Source of the DNA: Planctomycetota bacterium
GTDB taxonomy: Bacteria > Planctomycetota > UBA1135 > UBA2386
Length of the DNA stretch: 64,000 bases
Direction: 5' to 3'
Assembly (NCBI GenBank): GCA_965228735.1
Contig: OZ245838.1
Coordinates: forward strand, 6,976,001-7,040,000
In this document: piece after piece, positions 26,196 through 35,919 of the stretch
Numbering within the stretch: position 1 is the stretch's first letter
Layout: every line of letters starts with the position of its first letter
Notes under the pieces: generated by a model
Databases searched by the model: none
What the model was told of the DNA's origin: nothing
The model's input: the letters and a program-made list of their open reading frames with translations, nothing else
Position numbers and translations under genes: made by a program

Positions 26196-26987
26196 TTACG
26201 AGCCCACCGTTGCGCGATAGGTGGTCGACATCGACAGGCCGGTCGACGGACACGAGTTGAGCGACACCAGGTCGGCGCCCTGCACGTAGAACTGGAAGCC
26301 GACGAGCGACGGGATCGGCGGGATCCAGATCTGCAGCGAGGAGCCGTTCATCACCGCCGACCAATCGTGGCCGACCGTGCACCCGCAGAAGGGCTGGCCC
26401 GGTGACGTGACGCCGGCACCGACGAGCGCCAGCCCCGCGGTGTTCACCGTCGAGACCGTGAGAGTGCTCGCGATGGACAGGTTGCCGGAGAACTCGAGGC
26501 CGACGTTGCCGCAGCCGCCGGATGCGACCGGCGCCAGCGAGCCGGAGCCGCCGCCGACGCTCAGCGTGAAGTTGCCGGACATGCCGTGGGTGCCGACGCG
26601 GATGTAGTACGTCATGCCGCCGTTCAGGATCGTGTTCACGACGGCGCCGACGCCGAAGTGACCGCAGGTGTCATCGTCGCCGGCCACGTAGACGAGCTGG
26701 CCGCAGCTGCCCGCGTAGATCGCCACGACCGTGTCGACGGCTGCCGTCTGGTTGCAGGCGCTCACGGTAATCGGCCCGGATTGCGACGGCGTGAACGAGA
26801 ACCAACGGTCCGCGTGCGGGGGCGTCCATGGGTTCCAGGGCTCCGACGACGGGCTGTAGCCGATCGTCGTGGCCGCGACGGAGCCCGGGCTCACGAGGAC
26901 GGCGTTGGCGCAGTCGTCACCAGCCTGACCGCGCGCCGTGCTGGCGAGGGCCAGCGAGAGCAAGACGAAGGAGAGCTTGTTGGGCAT
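26196..26987 (-). CDS. Secreted beta-sandwich protein, 263 aa
   Basis: Signal peptide MPNKLSFVLLSLALASTARG; GDDCANA...DRWFSF...DTVVAIYAGSCG...DDDTC...TYYIRVG domain; C-terminal IPPIPSLVGFQFYVQG domain. Confidence 0.8.
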   Translation of the reverse strand: MPNKLSFVLLSLALASTARGQAGDDCANAVLVSPGSVAATTIGYSPSSEPWNPWTPPHADRWFSFTPSQSGPITVSACNQTAAVDTVVAIYAGSCGQLVYVAGDDDTCGHFGVGAVVNTILNGGMTYYIRVGTHGMSGNFTLSVGGGSGSLAPVASGGCGNVGLEFSGNLSIASTLTVSTVNTAGLALVGAGVTSPGQPFCGCTVGHDWSAVMNGSSLQIWIPPIPSLVGFQFYVQGADLVSLNSCPSTGLSMSTTYRATVGS

Positions 26988-27290
26988 GTCTTCCACCATG
27001 TCTTCCGCGAGGTCGCCGAATCCAGCTATGGCTAGGTAGACCGTTCGCCAAAGTAACCACATTCGATGGCGTGTGCCGCCTGGCGCTGCCGATCCGATGC
27101 CCAGACCCTCCCGGTTTCTCGATCCCGCACGCCGCGGACCACATCGAGCCGATCGAAACCCGGCGGGGCCGGCCACCAGGGTGCTTCCCGCGGGGTTGGG
27201 ATCGGACCCGGCCGGGCCTCTGCGATTCCTCCGCGCTCGCTCGCGGTGGGCTATTGCGCTGGCGTCTGGCGCCCGGCACCGTTCTGGATC

Positions 27291-28139
27291 ATGACGCTGT
27301 CCGTCAAGAAGACCTACAAGCACTACGTCGGCGGCAAGTTTCCGCGCAGCGAGTCGGGGCGCTCGTTCCGGCCGCACGACAATGGCGCGATCAACGTCAC
27401 GCGCGGCAGTCGCAAGGACATCCGCGAAGCCGTGCTCGCCGCGCGTGCGGGGCTGTCGAGCTGGAGCGGCGCCACGTCGTATCTGCGCGGGCAGATCCTC
27501 TACCGCGTCGCCGAGATGCTCGAGTCACGGCGCGATGCGTTGGTCGCGGAACTCCAGCTCGGCGGGTGCACGAAGCCCGCGGCGAAGAAGGAGATCGACG
27601 CGGGGATCGCGCTCACGGTCTGGTACGCGGGCCTGAGCGACAAGCTGCAGAGTCTGCTCGGCGCGCAGAACGAGGTGCAGGGGCCGTTCTTCGCGTTCTC
27701 GACCATCGAGCCGACGGGGGTGATCGGCGTCATCGCGCCCGAGCGACCGGCGCTCGTTGGTCTGCTCGCGCTGCTCCTGCCCGTCATCGTGTCGGGCAAC
27801 AGCGCGATCGTGCTCGTCAGCGAAGCGGCACCGTTCGCCGGGCTCGCGCTCGGCGAGGCGTTCGCGTCGAGCGACGTGCCGGGCGGTGCGATCAACCTGC
27901 TCGCCGGTCTGCGTTCCGAGCTCGCGCCGCATCTCGCGGCGCATCGCGACATCGACGGGCTGCTCGTGGCGGGCGCACCCGAAGCCGAACTCACCGCGGC
28001 CGGCGCCGACAACCTCAAGCGCACGCGCTTCTGCGACCTGTCGCCGGATGCGTTCGCCGACCTCGCGAAGGTGCGGCAGCTGTCCTGGGTCGAGCCGTTC
28101 GTCGAGGTCAAGTCGCTCTGGCACCCGGTCGCGCCCTGA
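27291..28139 (+). CDS. Short aldehyde-dehydrogenase-like protein lacking the catalytic domain, 282 aa
   Basis: KTYKHYVGGKFPRSESGRS, RGQILYRVAEMLE, EPTGVIG, DVPGGAINLL; no ELGGK or catalytic Cys loop. Confidence 0.88.
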   Translation: MTLSVKKTYKHYVGGKFPRSESGRSFRPHDNGAINVTRGSRKDIREAVLAARAGLSSWSGATSYLRGQILYRVAEMLESRRDALVAELQLGGCTKPAAKKEIDAGIALTVWYAGLSDKLQSLLGAQNEVQGPFFAFSTIEPTGVIGVIAPERPALVGLLALLLPVIVSGNSAIVLVSEAAPFAGLALGEAFASSDVPGGAINLLAGLRSELAPHLAAHRDIDGLLVAGAPEAELTAAGADNLKRTRFCDLSPDAFADLAKVRQLSWVEPFVEVKSLWHPVAP

Positions 28140-29452
28140 TGCAGCACCACCCGGCGCGACTCATCGCGAAGAAGCGCGACGGCGGCGAGCTCGCTGCCGC
28201 CGAGATCCAGGATCTCGTGAGCGGGGTCGTCGACGGTTCGCTCGGCGACGCGCAGCTCGGCGCGTTCCTCATGGCGGTCTGCTGCAACGGCATGACGGCG
28301 GCGGAGACCGCGGCGCTCACGCTCGCGATGCGCGACAGCGGGCTCGTGCTGTCGCATCCGGGAGTGAGCAAACGCAAGGTCGACAAGCACAGCACGGGCG
28401 GTGTCGGCGACAAGGTCAGTCTGCTGCTCGCGCCGATGGTCGCGGCGGCCGGTGTCGCGGTGCCGATGATCAGCGGCCGCGGGCTCGGTCACACGGGCGG
28501 CACGATCGACAAGCTCGCGGCGTTGCCGGGCTACACGACCGACCTCGGGGTCGAGCGCTTCAAGAAGGTGCTCGAACAGTGCGGCTACGCGATGCTGTCG
28601 CCGAGCGCAGAGATCGCGCCGGCCGACCGGCGGATGTATGCGACCCGCGACATCAGCGGCACCGTCGAGAGCATCCCGCTGATCACGAGCTCGATCCTCA
28701 GCAAGAAGCTCGCGGAGGGCATCGACGGCCTCGTCATGGATGTGAAGTGCGGGCGCGCCGCGTTCATGAAGGAGGAGGGTGATGCCCGCGTGCTCATGGA
28801 CACGATCTGCGCGGTCGGGCGCGCGGCCGGGGTCGAGATCGCAGCACTCCTGACCGACATGGATCATCCGCTCGGGCGCGCGCTCGGCAACGCGCTCGAG
28901 GTGCGCGAGGTCCTCGTGGCGCTCGACGGCCCCGCGGCGTGCCCGGCCGACCTCGCGGAGGTCACGCTCGCGCTCGGCGCCGAGATGCTCGTGCTCGCCG
29001 GCACCGCGACGGACGCCGCGTCCGCGCGTTCGGTGCTCGAGCGGCTCTGGCAGGACGGCGTGGTCAAGCAGGTCTTCCAGCACAACCTCGAGCTGCAGGG
29101 CGGCGATCCGCGGGTGCTCGACGATCGCGAACTGCTCGGCAAGGCCGCCGTGATCGAGCCCGTCTTGCCGACCAGCGCGGGATACTTGGTGGACGTCGAC
29201 CCGCTCGCGCTCGGTCAGGTCGTCGTCGACCTCGGCGGCGGTCGCCGCCAGCCGAGCGATCCCATCGATCCGCACGTCGGCCTCGAACTCGCTTGCGAGC
29301 TCGGCGATTCCGCGGACCCGTCCAAGCCGCTGGCGATCGTGCACGCGAGCACGGCGGATGCAGCGACCGCGGCCGCCGCACGCGTCCGCGCGGCCATGCC
29401 GATCGGCGACGAGCGCAAGAAGCGCCGCCCCCTGGTCCTGGCCCGCTCCTGA
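28139..29452 (+). CDS. deoA: Thymidine/pyrimidine-nucleoside phosphorylase
   Basis: LIAKKRDG, DKHSTGGVGDK, MISGRGLGHTGGTIDKL, SILSKKLAEG, GNALEVRE; TGATG overlap with the upstream gene. Confidence 0.96.
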   Translation: MQHHPARLIAKKRDGGELAAAEIQDLVSGVVDGSLGDAQLGAFLMAVCCNGMTAAETAALTLAMRDSGLVLSHPGVSKRKVDKHSTGGVGDKVSLLLAPMVAAAGVAVPMISGRGLGHTGGTIDKLAALPGYTTDLGVERFKKVLEQCGYAMLSPSAEIAPADRRMYATRDISGTVESIPLITSSILSKKLAEGIDGLVMDVKCGRAAFMKEEGDARVLMDTICAVGRAAGVEIAALLTDMDHPLGRALGNALEVREVLVALDGPAACPADLAEVTLALGAEMLVLAGTATDAASARSVLERLWQDGVVKQVFQHNLELQGGDPRVLDDRELLGKAAVIEPVLPTSAGYLVDVDPLALGQVVVDLGGGRRQPSDPIDPHVGLELACELGDSADPSKPLAIVHASTADAATAAAARVRAAMPIGDERKKRRPLVLARS

Positions 29453-29454
29453 GC

Positions 29455-29567
29455 GGCGCTACCGCACCCGTTTCGAATCCGCCATGCTGCAACCCTCGCT
29501 GCGATCGGCAGGGCGGCGACTTCTGGCCGGCGAGGGGTGGCGGTTTCGAAGCGGGTTCGGTACCGCC
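29455..29567. repeat. 113-bp element with 30-bp imperfect inverted arms between convergent genes (terminator or MITE/REP-like)
   Basis: Arm 29455-29484 matches the reverse complement of 29538-29567 at 26 of 30 positions; inner pair CCCTCGC/GCGAGGG. Confidence 0.75.
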
Positions 29568-29568
29568 A

Positions 29569-32244
29569 TCAGCGGTCGTAGGCTTGCAGGGCGCGCTGGA
29601 CTGCGGGGGCCGGGTCCTCGCGCAGCCATTGGATGAAGCGGTCGACGCGCTCGCGATCCGGGTGGTCCTTCAACCGACGGATCGCGAACGCGCGCAGGGC
29701 CGGGTCGCCGGCAGCCAGTGCGTCGAGCAGGGCGATCGTCGCGTGGTCGCCGTGCGGGTCCTGGTTGCTCTGCAGCAGGAACACGCGCGTCTTCAGGTCC
29801 TCGGGAGCGTTCCCGACCAGCCGGAAGCGGCCGATGCCCTCGAGACTCGGCATGAGGAGCAGTTCGTCCGCGGCCGCGATGCGGGCGTCGGGATGGGAGG
29901 AGCCGCGGCGCAGGACGCTCGCGAGCAGGTGTTGCAGGTCGCTCTCCTTCGTCTCGAGGCGCCGCAACGCCGCGATGCCCTCGCGGCCGAAGAACGGCAG
30001 GGTCAGGGGCGCCATCTCGCGGACGTATGGCTCCGGATGTTCGAGAAGCAGCGGGATCAGCGGCGCGCCGGCCGGGCCGAGTCGGTGCAGTAGCCGCAGA
30101 TCGCCGGGGTGCAGGAACGCGAGCCGCGTCCGTTCGAGCACGGGCACGGCCGCGGGCCCGATCGACACCAGGGCTTGCAGCGCGAACTTCTGCTTCCCGA
30201 GACGCGGGGCGAGATGTTCGATCAGCGACGCGTCCGCGCCGATTCCTGCGAGCGTTTCGAGAACGAGCGCTTCGTCGTGCAGCGTCGGGCGCTCGAGTAG
30301 CTCCGCGAACGTGGCACGCATGGCCGGCTGCATCCGCTCGTTCTCGAGGACCGAGTGCGCGGATCGGCGGCGGTCCTCGCGCGGGCTGTCGAGCTCGCGA
30401 ACGATGCGTTCGGGGCTCGTCCGCAGAACGGCGAGAAAGAGCGATTGCCCGATGCCGGGCTCGTCGCGCGCCGCGAGGGCCGCTTCGGGATCGATCGCGG
30501 CCGCCGCGCGCGCGAAGTGCCGCGCGAATCGGCCCCGTGGTTCAGCGCGGAACCGCCGCAGCAGGTCGTCGCGGATGCGGGCCCGGATGCCGGGCTGGGC
30601 CTTGTGCGCGAGCCGGGCCACGGCCGCGAGCACGTCGGCGCTCCGATTGGCCGTCATCTTCGGCACCTGGGTCGCGCGCTCGATGAGACCCTGCGCGAGC
30701 CAGCCGATGTCCTTGTCGTCCTCGATGCAGTCGGCTGCAGCCTCGGCGAGGACCTCGTCGTGCGGCCACTTGCCGAAGCCGCGTCCGAAGTGATCGCGGA
30801 TCGCGTCGAGCACGACTGCGTCGCCGCCGCTGAGGCGCAAAGCCGCGCCCGCCGCGGCGCTGCCCGCCACGGTTGCTGTCTCGATCTGCTCCACGAGGAA
30901 CGGCAACGCCGGCCGGTGGCCGAGACGACCGAGCGCGTCGAACGCCGCGGCGATCGCGACGCCGTTCTGATACGAATCCGGGCGTTCGGGTCGTTGTTGC
31001 AGTGTGACCTCGATCGCCGACCGGTAGCGCGCGGCCCAGACGAGCCGTTCGTCGGCCGCGGGCGGCGCGTGCCGCAACTGCGCGAGGTAGACCGTCTCGA
31101 CGACCGGCAGGCTCGGCTCGTCGCGCTTCGCCAGCTGAATGAGCGCCGCGGTCACACGCTCGGGCAGCGGTGTGCTGCCGGTGAGGAACGGCTGGAGCGC
31201 CGTGATCCGCTGCCCGTCCAGCGCGTAATCGATCCATGGGGTCGCGCTGCGCGGTTGTTCGAGCACGAGAACGAGGAGCGCGCGAGGGCTGTCGGGATCG
31301 ATGGGTTCGTCGGGGCTGGTGGGGTCGCCCGGCTCGGCCGCGACACGTCGCCCGATCGCGCTCACGATGTCGTTCCGCGCCTGCATGACCTCGTACCAGT
31401 CGCGGCTGCGCGGATCTGGCAGCTCCGACGTGAGAACGGCGCGGAGCAGCGCGGCGCGTTCCTTCGTCCACGGGGTCTTGGTCGCCGTCGCGAGCATGAC
31501 CGTGGCGGATAGTCGATCGCTGCCGTAGAGCCCGCGCGCGAACTGGTCGGCGATGGCGAGCGCCTCGTCGTCGCCCCAGCTCAGCAGGCGCGCGAGCGCG
31601 GACTCGCGGACCGACTGCAGGGGATCCTTCAGCGCGGCGATCACTGCCAGACGCGGCGCGCGCGGTTGCCGCGTCATGTAGAGCGCGGCGCGTGGGCCGA
31701 TCGGCGCGGGTTCGGTGAGCCGGGCCTCGATGTGGGCCCGCATCTCGTCGTCGACACTGCGGATCCCGAAGCTGATCTGCCGCAGCGTCTCGCTCGTCCT
31801 CGCGTCCAACGCCGCGACGATCGCGCGGTCGATCGCGCGGTCTCGCCGGTCGCGTTCGGGGTCGTCGCGCAGGCGCCGGTCGCGGTAGAAGAACAGGCCC
31901 TCGAACGCGAGTGACCGCGCGGGGGAGTCGCGGTCGAGGCTCTCCGCGAGCAGCGCGTCGAAACCCGCGGGGCCCAGCTCGGTGATCGCGAACGCGTGCC
32001 CCTGCCAGCGCAGGTCGTCGTCCTCGCGCAGGAGCCGCACGCCCTCCTGCGCCGCCGCCGCCGGCTCTCGCCGCAGGTCGTCGAGGATCAACGCGCGCTT
32101 CTCGCGGTCGGCGCCCTTGAGCGCGCGCCACAGGACCTCGAGTCGCGACGCCGCGACCTCCTGCGCGGTGGCGGGCCGCGCGGCGATCGCGGTGAGCGCG
32201 GTGAGGCCGGCGATGAGCAGCTTCGATCGGCGGGGGAGTGTCAT
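29569..32244 (-). CDS. Secreted HEAT-repeat/alpha-solenoid protein, about 891 aa
   Basis: Signal peptide ending ATAQ; repeats ALKDPLQSVRESALARL, LLEHPEPYVREMA, LREDPAPAVQRA. Confidence 0.72.
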   Translation of the reverse strand: MTLPRRSKLLIAGLTALTAIAARPATAQEVAASRLEVLWRALKGADREKRALILDDLRREPAAAAQEGVRLLREDDDLRWQGHAFAITELGPAGFDALLAESLDRDSPARSLAFEGLFFYRDRRLRDDPERDRRDRAIDRAIVAALDARTSETLRQISFGIRSVDDEMRAHIEARLTEPAPIGPRAALYMTRQPRAPRLAVIAALKDPLQSVRESALARLLSWGDDEALAIADQFARGLYGSDRLSATVMLATATKTPWTKERAALLRAVLTSELPDPRSRDWYEVMQARNDIVSAIGRRVAAEPGDPTSPDEPIDPDSPRALLVLVLEQPRSATPWIDYALDGQRITALQPFLTGSTPLPERVTAALIQLAKRDEPSLPVVETVYLAQLRHAPPAADERLVWAARYRSAIEVTLQQRPERPDSYQNGVAIAAAFDALGRLGHRPALPFLVEQIETATVAGSAAAGAALRLSGGDAVVLDAIRDHFGRGFGKWPHDEVLAEAAADCIEDDKDIGWLAQGLIERATQVPKMTANRSADVLAAVARLAHKAQPGIRARIRDDLLRRFRAEPRGRFARHFARAAAAIDPEAALAARDEPGIGQSLFLAVLRTSPERIVRELDSPREDRRRSAHSVLENERMQPAMRATFAELLERPTLHDEALVLETLAGIGADASLIEHLAPRLGKQKFALQALVSIGPAAVPVLERTRLAFLHPGDLRLLHRLGPAGAPLIPLLLEHPEPYVREMAPLTLPFFGREGIAALRRLETKESDLQHLLASVLRRGSSHPDARIAAADELLLMPSLEGIGRFRLVGNAPEDLKTRVFLLQSNQDPHGDHATIALLDALAAGDPALRAFAIRRLKDHPDRERVDRFIQWLREDPAPAVQRALQAYDR

Positions 32245-32561
32245 GTAGGGAAAGACGACAATAGGCCGGACAAGCGGAAGAACCGCCCGGTGCGACCCTG
32301 AGAACGTTCGATCAAATCGAACCGACCGGGCCGACGCGTCGTCCGTCTGCGGGGCCCTATCGGCGTTCCTACGGCCGATTCGGGGCCGGCGAACGCCAGC
32401 CGTTCGCGCGCGGACGGCCACCTCCGAGGTGGCTCGGGTCGGCGGCTTGCGTTAGAAAGTCCGCCCCCAAACGCCAGCTGCACCCGGCCCGGGGTCGATG
32501 CAGTGGATCTGGCTACGCGCGCGCCTCGCACTATCGCTCTCAGACTCCTCGGATTGCGCTC

Positions 32562-33878
32562 ATGAAGACTGCTGTTGTCGGCACCGGCTACGTCGGACTC
32601 GTAACCGGTTCGTGTCTCTCGGACGTCGGTATGGACGTCACCTGCGTCGACGTCGACGCCGAGAAGATCGCCAATCTCGAGAAGGGCGTCCTGCCGATCT
32701 ACGAACCGGGTCTCGAAGCCATCGTCGAGCGCAACACGTCGTCGGGACGCCTGAAGTTCACGACGAAGCTGGCGGACGCCGTCCAGGACGCGAAAGCCGC
32801 GTTCATCGCGGTCGGCACGCCGCCGGGTGAGGACGGCAGCGCGGATCTGCGCTACGTGCTCGGCGTCGCGAAGGAGATCGGCGAGACGATGACGGATTAC
32901 CTCGTCATCATCACGAAGAGCACCGTCCCGGTCGGCACGGCGGAGAAGGTCAAGCAGGAGGTCGCGGCGGCGCTGCAGGCGCGCGGGGCCGACATCCCGT
33001 TCGACGTCGCGAGCAACCCGGAGTTCCTCAAGGAGGGGGCCGCGATCGAGGACTTCATGAAGCCCGATCGCATCGTCTGTGGCGTCGAGAGTGACCGGGC
33101 ACGCGACGTCATGGCGCGGCTCTACAAGCCGTTCACGCTCAACGGGCACCCGGTCTACTTCATGGACGTGCCGTCCGCGGAGATGACCAAGTACGCGGCC
33201 AACGCGATGCTCGCGACGAAGATCTCGTTCATGAACGACATCGCCAACCTCTGCGAGCGGCTCGGCGCCGACGTCAACGAGGTGCGCAAGGGCATCGGCA
33301 GCGACCCGCGGATCGGCAATCGCTTCATCTACCCCGGCATCGGCTACGGCGGAAGCTGCTTCCCCAAGGACGTCAAAGCGCTCGTGCGCACCGGCCGCGA
33401 GAGCGGCTACGACCTGCGCATCCTGCAGTCGGTCGAGGACGTCAACGAGTCGCAGAAGCACGTGCTCGCCGACAAGATCACGAAGCACTACGGCGGCGAG
33501 CTCGCCGGCAAGCGCTTCGCGATGTGGGGGCTGAGCTTCAAGCCGGAGACGGACGACATGCGCGAGGCGCCGTCGCTCGTCATCAGTGAGCAGCTGCTGG
33601 CTGCCGGCGCGACCGTGTGCGCCTACGACCCCGTGTCGATGCCCGAGTGCAAGAACATGATCGGGGACAAGATCGACTACGCAGACGACGCGTACGCGGC
33701 GTTGCAGGGCGCCGATGCACTGCTGCTCGTGACCGAGTGGCGCGAGTTCCGCGTGCCTGACTGGAACCGCGTCAAGGCGGCGCTCGAGTTGCCGGTCGTC
33801 TTCGACGGGCGCAACATCTACAGCGGCCCCGAGCTGCGCGGGCAGGGCTTCACCTACTACGGGATCGGCGTCAAGTAA
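32562..33878 (+). CDS. ugd: UDP-glucose 6-dehydrogenase
   Basis: [56 protein letters not shown]. Confidence 0.97.
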   Translation: MKTAVVGTGYVGLVTGSCLSDVGMDVTCVDVDAEKIANLEKGVLPIYEPGLEAIVERNTSSGRLKFTTKLADAVQDAKAAFIAVGTPPGEDGSADLRYVLGVAKEIGETMTDYLVIITKSTVPVGTAEKVKQEVAAALQARGADIPFDVASNPEFLKEGAAIEDFMKPDRIVCGVESDRARDVMARLYKPFTLNGHPVYFMDVPSAEMTKYAANAMLATKISFMNDIANLCERLGADVNEVRKGIGSDPRIGNRFIYPGIGYGGSCFPKDVKALVRTGRESGYDLRILQSVEDVNESQKHVLADKITKHYGGELAGKRFAMWGLSFKPETDDMREAPSLVISEQLLAAGATVCAYDPVSMPECKNMIGDKIDYADDAYAALQGADALLLVTEWREFRVPDWNRVKAALELPVVFDGRNIYSGPELRGQGFTYYGIGVK

Positions 33879-33907
33879 CGCGCCGCTCCGCCGCCAGCAC
33901 CAACGAC

Positions 33908-34894
33908 ATGCCACGGATCCTCATCACCGGCGCCGCGGGTTTCCTCGGCTCTCATCTCTGCGACCGCTTCCTGAAGGAAGGCTACGAGGTCGTCGGGATG
34001 GACAACCTGATCACGGGTGACCTGCGCAACCTCGAGCACCTGTTCCCCGAGGCGCAGTTCACGTTCTACAACCACGACGTGAGCAACTTCGTGCACGTGC
34101 CCGGGGAGCTCGACTACATCCTGCACTTCGCCTCCCCGGCGAGCCCGATCGACTACCTCAAGATCCCGATCCAGACGCTCAAGGTCGGCTCGCTCGGCAC
34201 GCACAACTGCCTCGGGCTCGCGCGCGCGAAGGGCGCGCGCATCCTCGTGGCGTCGACTTCCGAGGTCTACGGCGACCCGCTCGTGCACCCGCAGACCGAG
34301 GAGTACTGGGGCAACGTCAATCCGGTCGGCCCGCGCGGGGTCTACGACGAGGCCAAGCGCTTCCAGGAGGCCATCACGATGGCCTACCACACGTATCACG
34401 GTCTGGAGACGCGGATCATCCGCATCTTCAACACCTACGGTCCGCGCATGCGGCTCAACGACGGCCGCGTGCTGCCCGCGTTCATCGGCCAGGCGCTGCG
34501 CGGTGAGGACCTGACGGTCTTCGGTGACGGCAGTCAGACGCGGTCGTTCTGCTACGTCGACGACCTCGTCGAGGGCATCTACCGACTGCTCCACAGCGAC
34601 TACCCGTATCCGGTCAACATCGGCAACCCCGACGAGATCACGATCAAGGAGTTCGCCGAGGAGATCATCAAGCTCACGGGCACGCAGCAGAAGGTCATCT
34701 ACAAGGACCTGCCGAAGGACGACCCGACGCAGCGTCAGCCCGACATCAGCAAGGCGCGCGAGATCCTCGGTTGGGAGCCGAAGGTGAAGCGCGCCGAAGG
34801 GCTCAAGATCACCTACGAGGCGTTCAAGCAGCTGCCGCGCGAAGTGCTCTACAAGCAGGAGCACCGCGACTTCGAAGGGTTCGTCCGCAAATGA
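33908..34894 (+). CDS. UDP-glucuronate decarboxylase (UDP-xylose synthase)
   Basis: [55 protein letters not shown]. Confidence 0.95.
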   Translation: MPRILITGAAGFLGSHLCDRFLKEGYEVVGMDNLITGDLRNLEHLFPEAQFTFYNHDVSNFVHVPGELDYILHFASPASPIDYLKIPIQTLKVGSLGTHNCLGLARAKGARILVASTSEVYGDPLVHPQTEEYWGNVNPVGPRGVYDEAKRFQEAITMAYHTYHGLETRIIRIFNTYGPRMRLNDGRVLPAFIGQALRGEDLTVFGDGSQTRSFCYVDDLVEGIYRLLHSDYPYPVNIGNPDEITIKEFAEEIIKLTGTQQKVIYKDLPKDDPTQRQPDISKAREILGWEPKVKRAEGLKITYEAFKQLPREVLYKQEHRDFEGFVRK

Positions 34895-35913
34895 AGCAGG
34901 TCCTCGTCACCGGTGGCCTCGGCTTCATCGGCTCGCACACCGCGGTCGAGCTGCTGGCCAAGGGCTACCAGGTCGTGCTCGCCGACAACCTGTCCAACAC
35001 GCGCCCGGAGGTGCTGGACGGTATCGAGGCGATCTCGGGCCAGCGCCCCGAGTGGGTGAACGTCGACCTCGCGGATCAGGCCGCGTGCCGCGCGTTCCTC
35101 GGCGAGCGCCAGTTCGACGGCATCATCCACTTCGCGGCCAAGAAGGCCGTGGGGGAGTCGGTCGACCAGCCGGTCGACTACTACAGCAACAACCTCGGTT
35201 CGCTGTGCCTGCTGCTCGAGCACCTGAGGGGGCGCCCGGAGTGCGCGTTCATCTTCAGCAGCTCGTGCACGGTCTACGGCCAGGCCGACGAGCTGCCCGT
35301 GAGTGAGGACGCGCCGATCAAGCCTGCGGAGTCGCCCTACGGCAACACCAAGCAGATCGGCGAGGAGATCATCCGCGACGCGGTGGCGGCCCACGGCCTC
35401 AAGGCGATCGCTCTGCGCTACTTCAACCCGATCGGCGCGCACCCGTCGGCCAAGATCGGCGAGCTGCCGCTCGGCGTGCCGCAGAACCTCGTGCCCTTCA
35501 TCACCCAGAGCGCCGCGGGCCTGCGCTCTGCGCTCAAGGTCTTCGGCAACGACTACCCGACGCGCGACGGCACGGCCGTGCGCGACTACATCCACGTCGT
35601 CGATCTGGCGCAGGCCCACATCGTCGCCATGGAGCGGCTGCTCGACGGCAAGGCGGACGAGCCGTTCGAGGTGTTCAACCTCGGCACGGGCACGGGCTCG
35701 ACCGTGCTCGAGGTCATCCAGGCGTTCGAGCGCGCGACCGACGTCAAGGTCGCGTGGGAGCACGCGGACCGGCGGGCCGGTGACGTCATCGCGGCGTTCG
35801 CCGACACGAAGCGCGCCGCCGAGGTGCTCGGCTGGCGCGCGGAGCGCACGCTGGAGCAGTGCATGGCCGACGCCTGGCGCTGGCAGCAGGCGATCGGGAA
35901 GGGCCAGGAGTAA
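34891..35913 (+). CDS. galE: UDP-glucose 4-epimerase
   Basis: [54 protein letters not shown] overlap. Confidence 0.96.
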   Translation: MKQVLVTGGLGFIGSHTAVELLAKGYQVVLADNLSNTRPEVLDGIEAISGQRPEWVNVDLADQAACRAFLGERQFDGIIHFAAKKAVGESVDQPVDYYSNNLGSLCLLLEHLRGRPECAFIFSSSCTVYGQADELPVSEDAPIKPAESPYGNTKQIGEEIIRDAVAAHGLKAIALRYFNPIGAHPSAKIGELPLGVPQNLVPFITQSAAGLRSALKVFGNDYPTRDGTAVRDYIHVVDLAQAHIVAMERLLDGKADEPFEVFNLGTGTGSTVLEVIQAFERATDVKVAWEHADRRAGDVIAAFADTKRAAEVLGWRAERTLEQCMADAWRWQQAIGKGQE

Positions 35914-35919
35914 CGGCCG

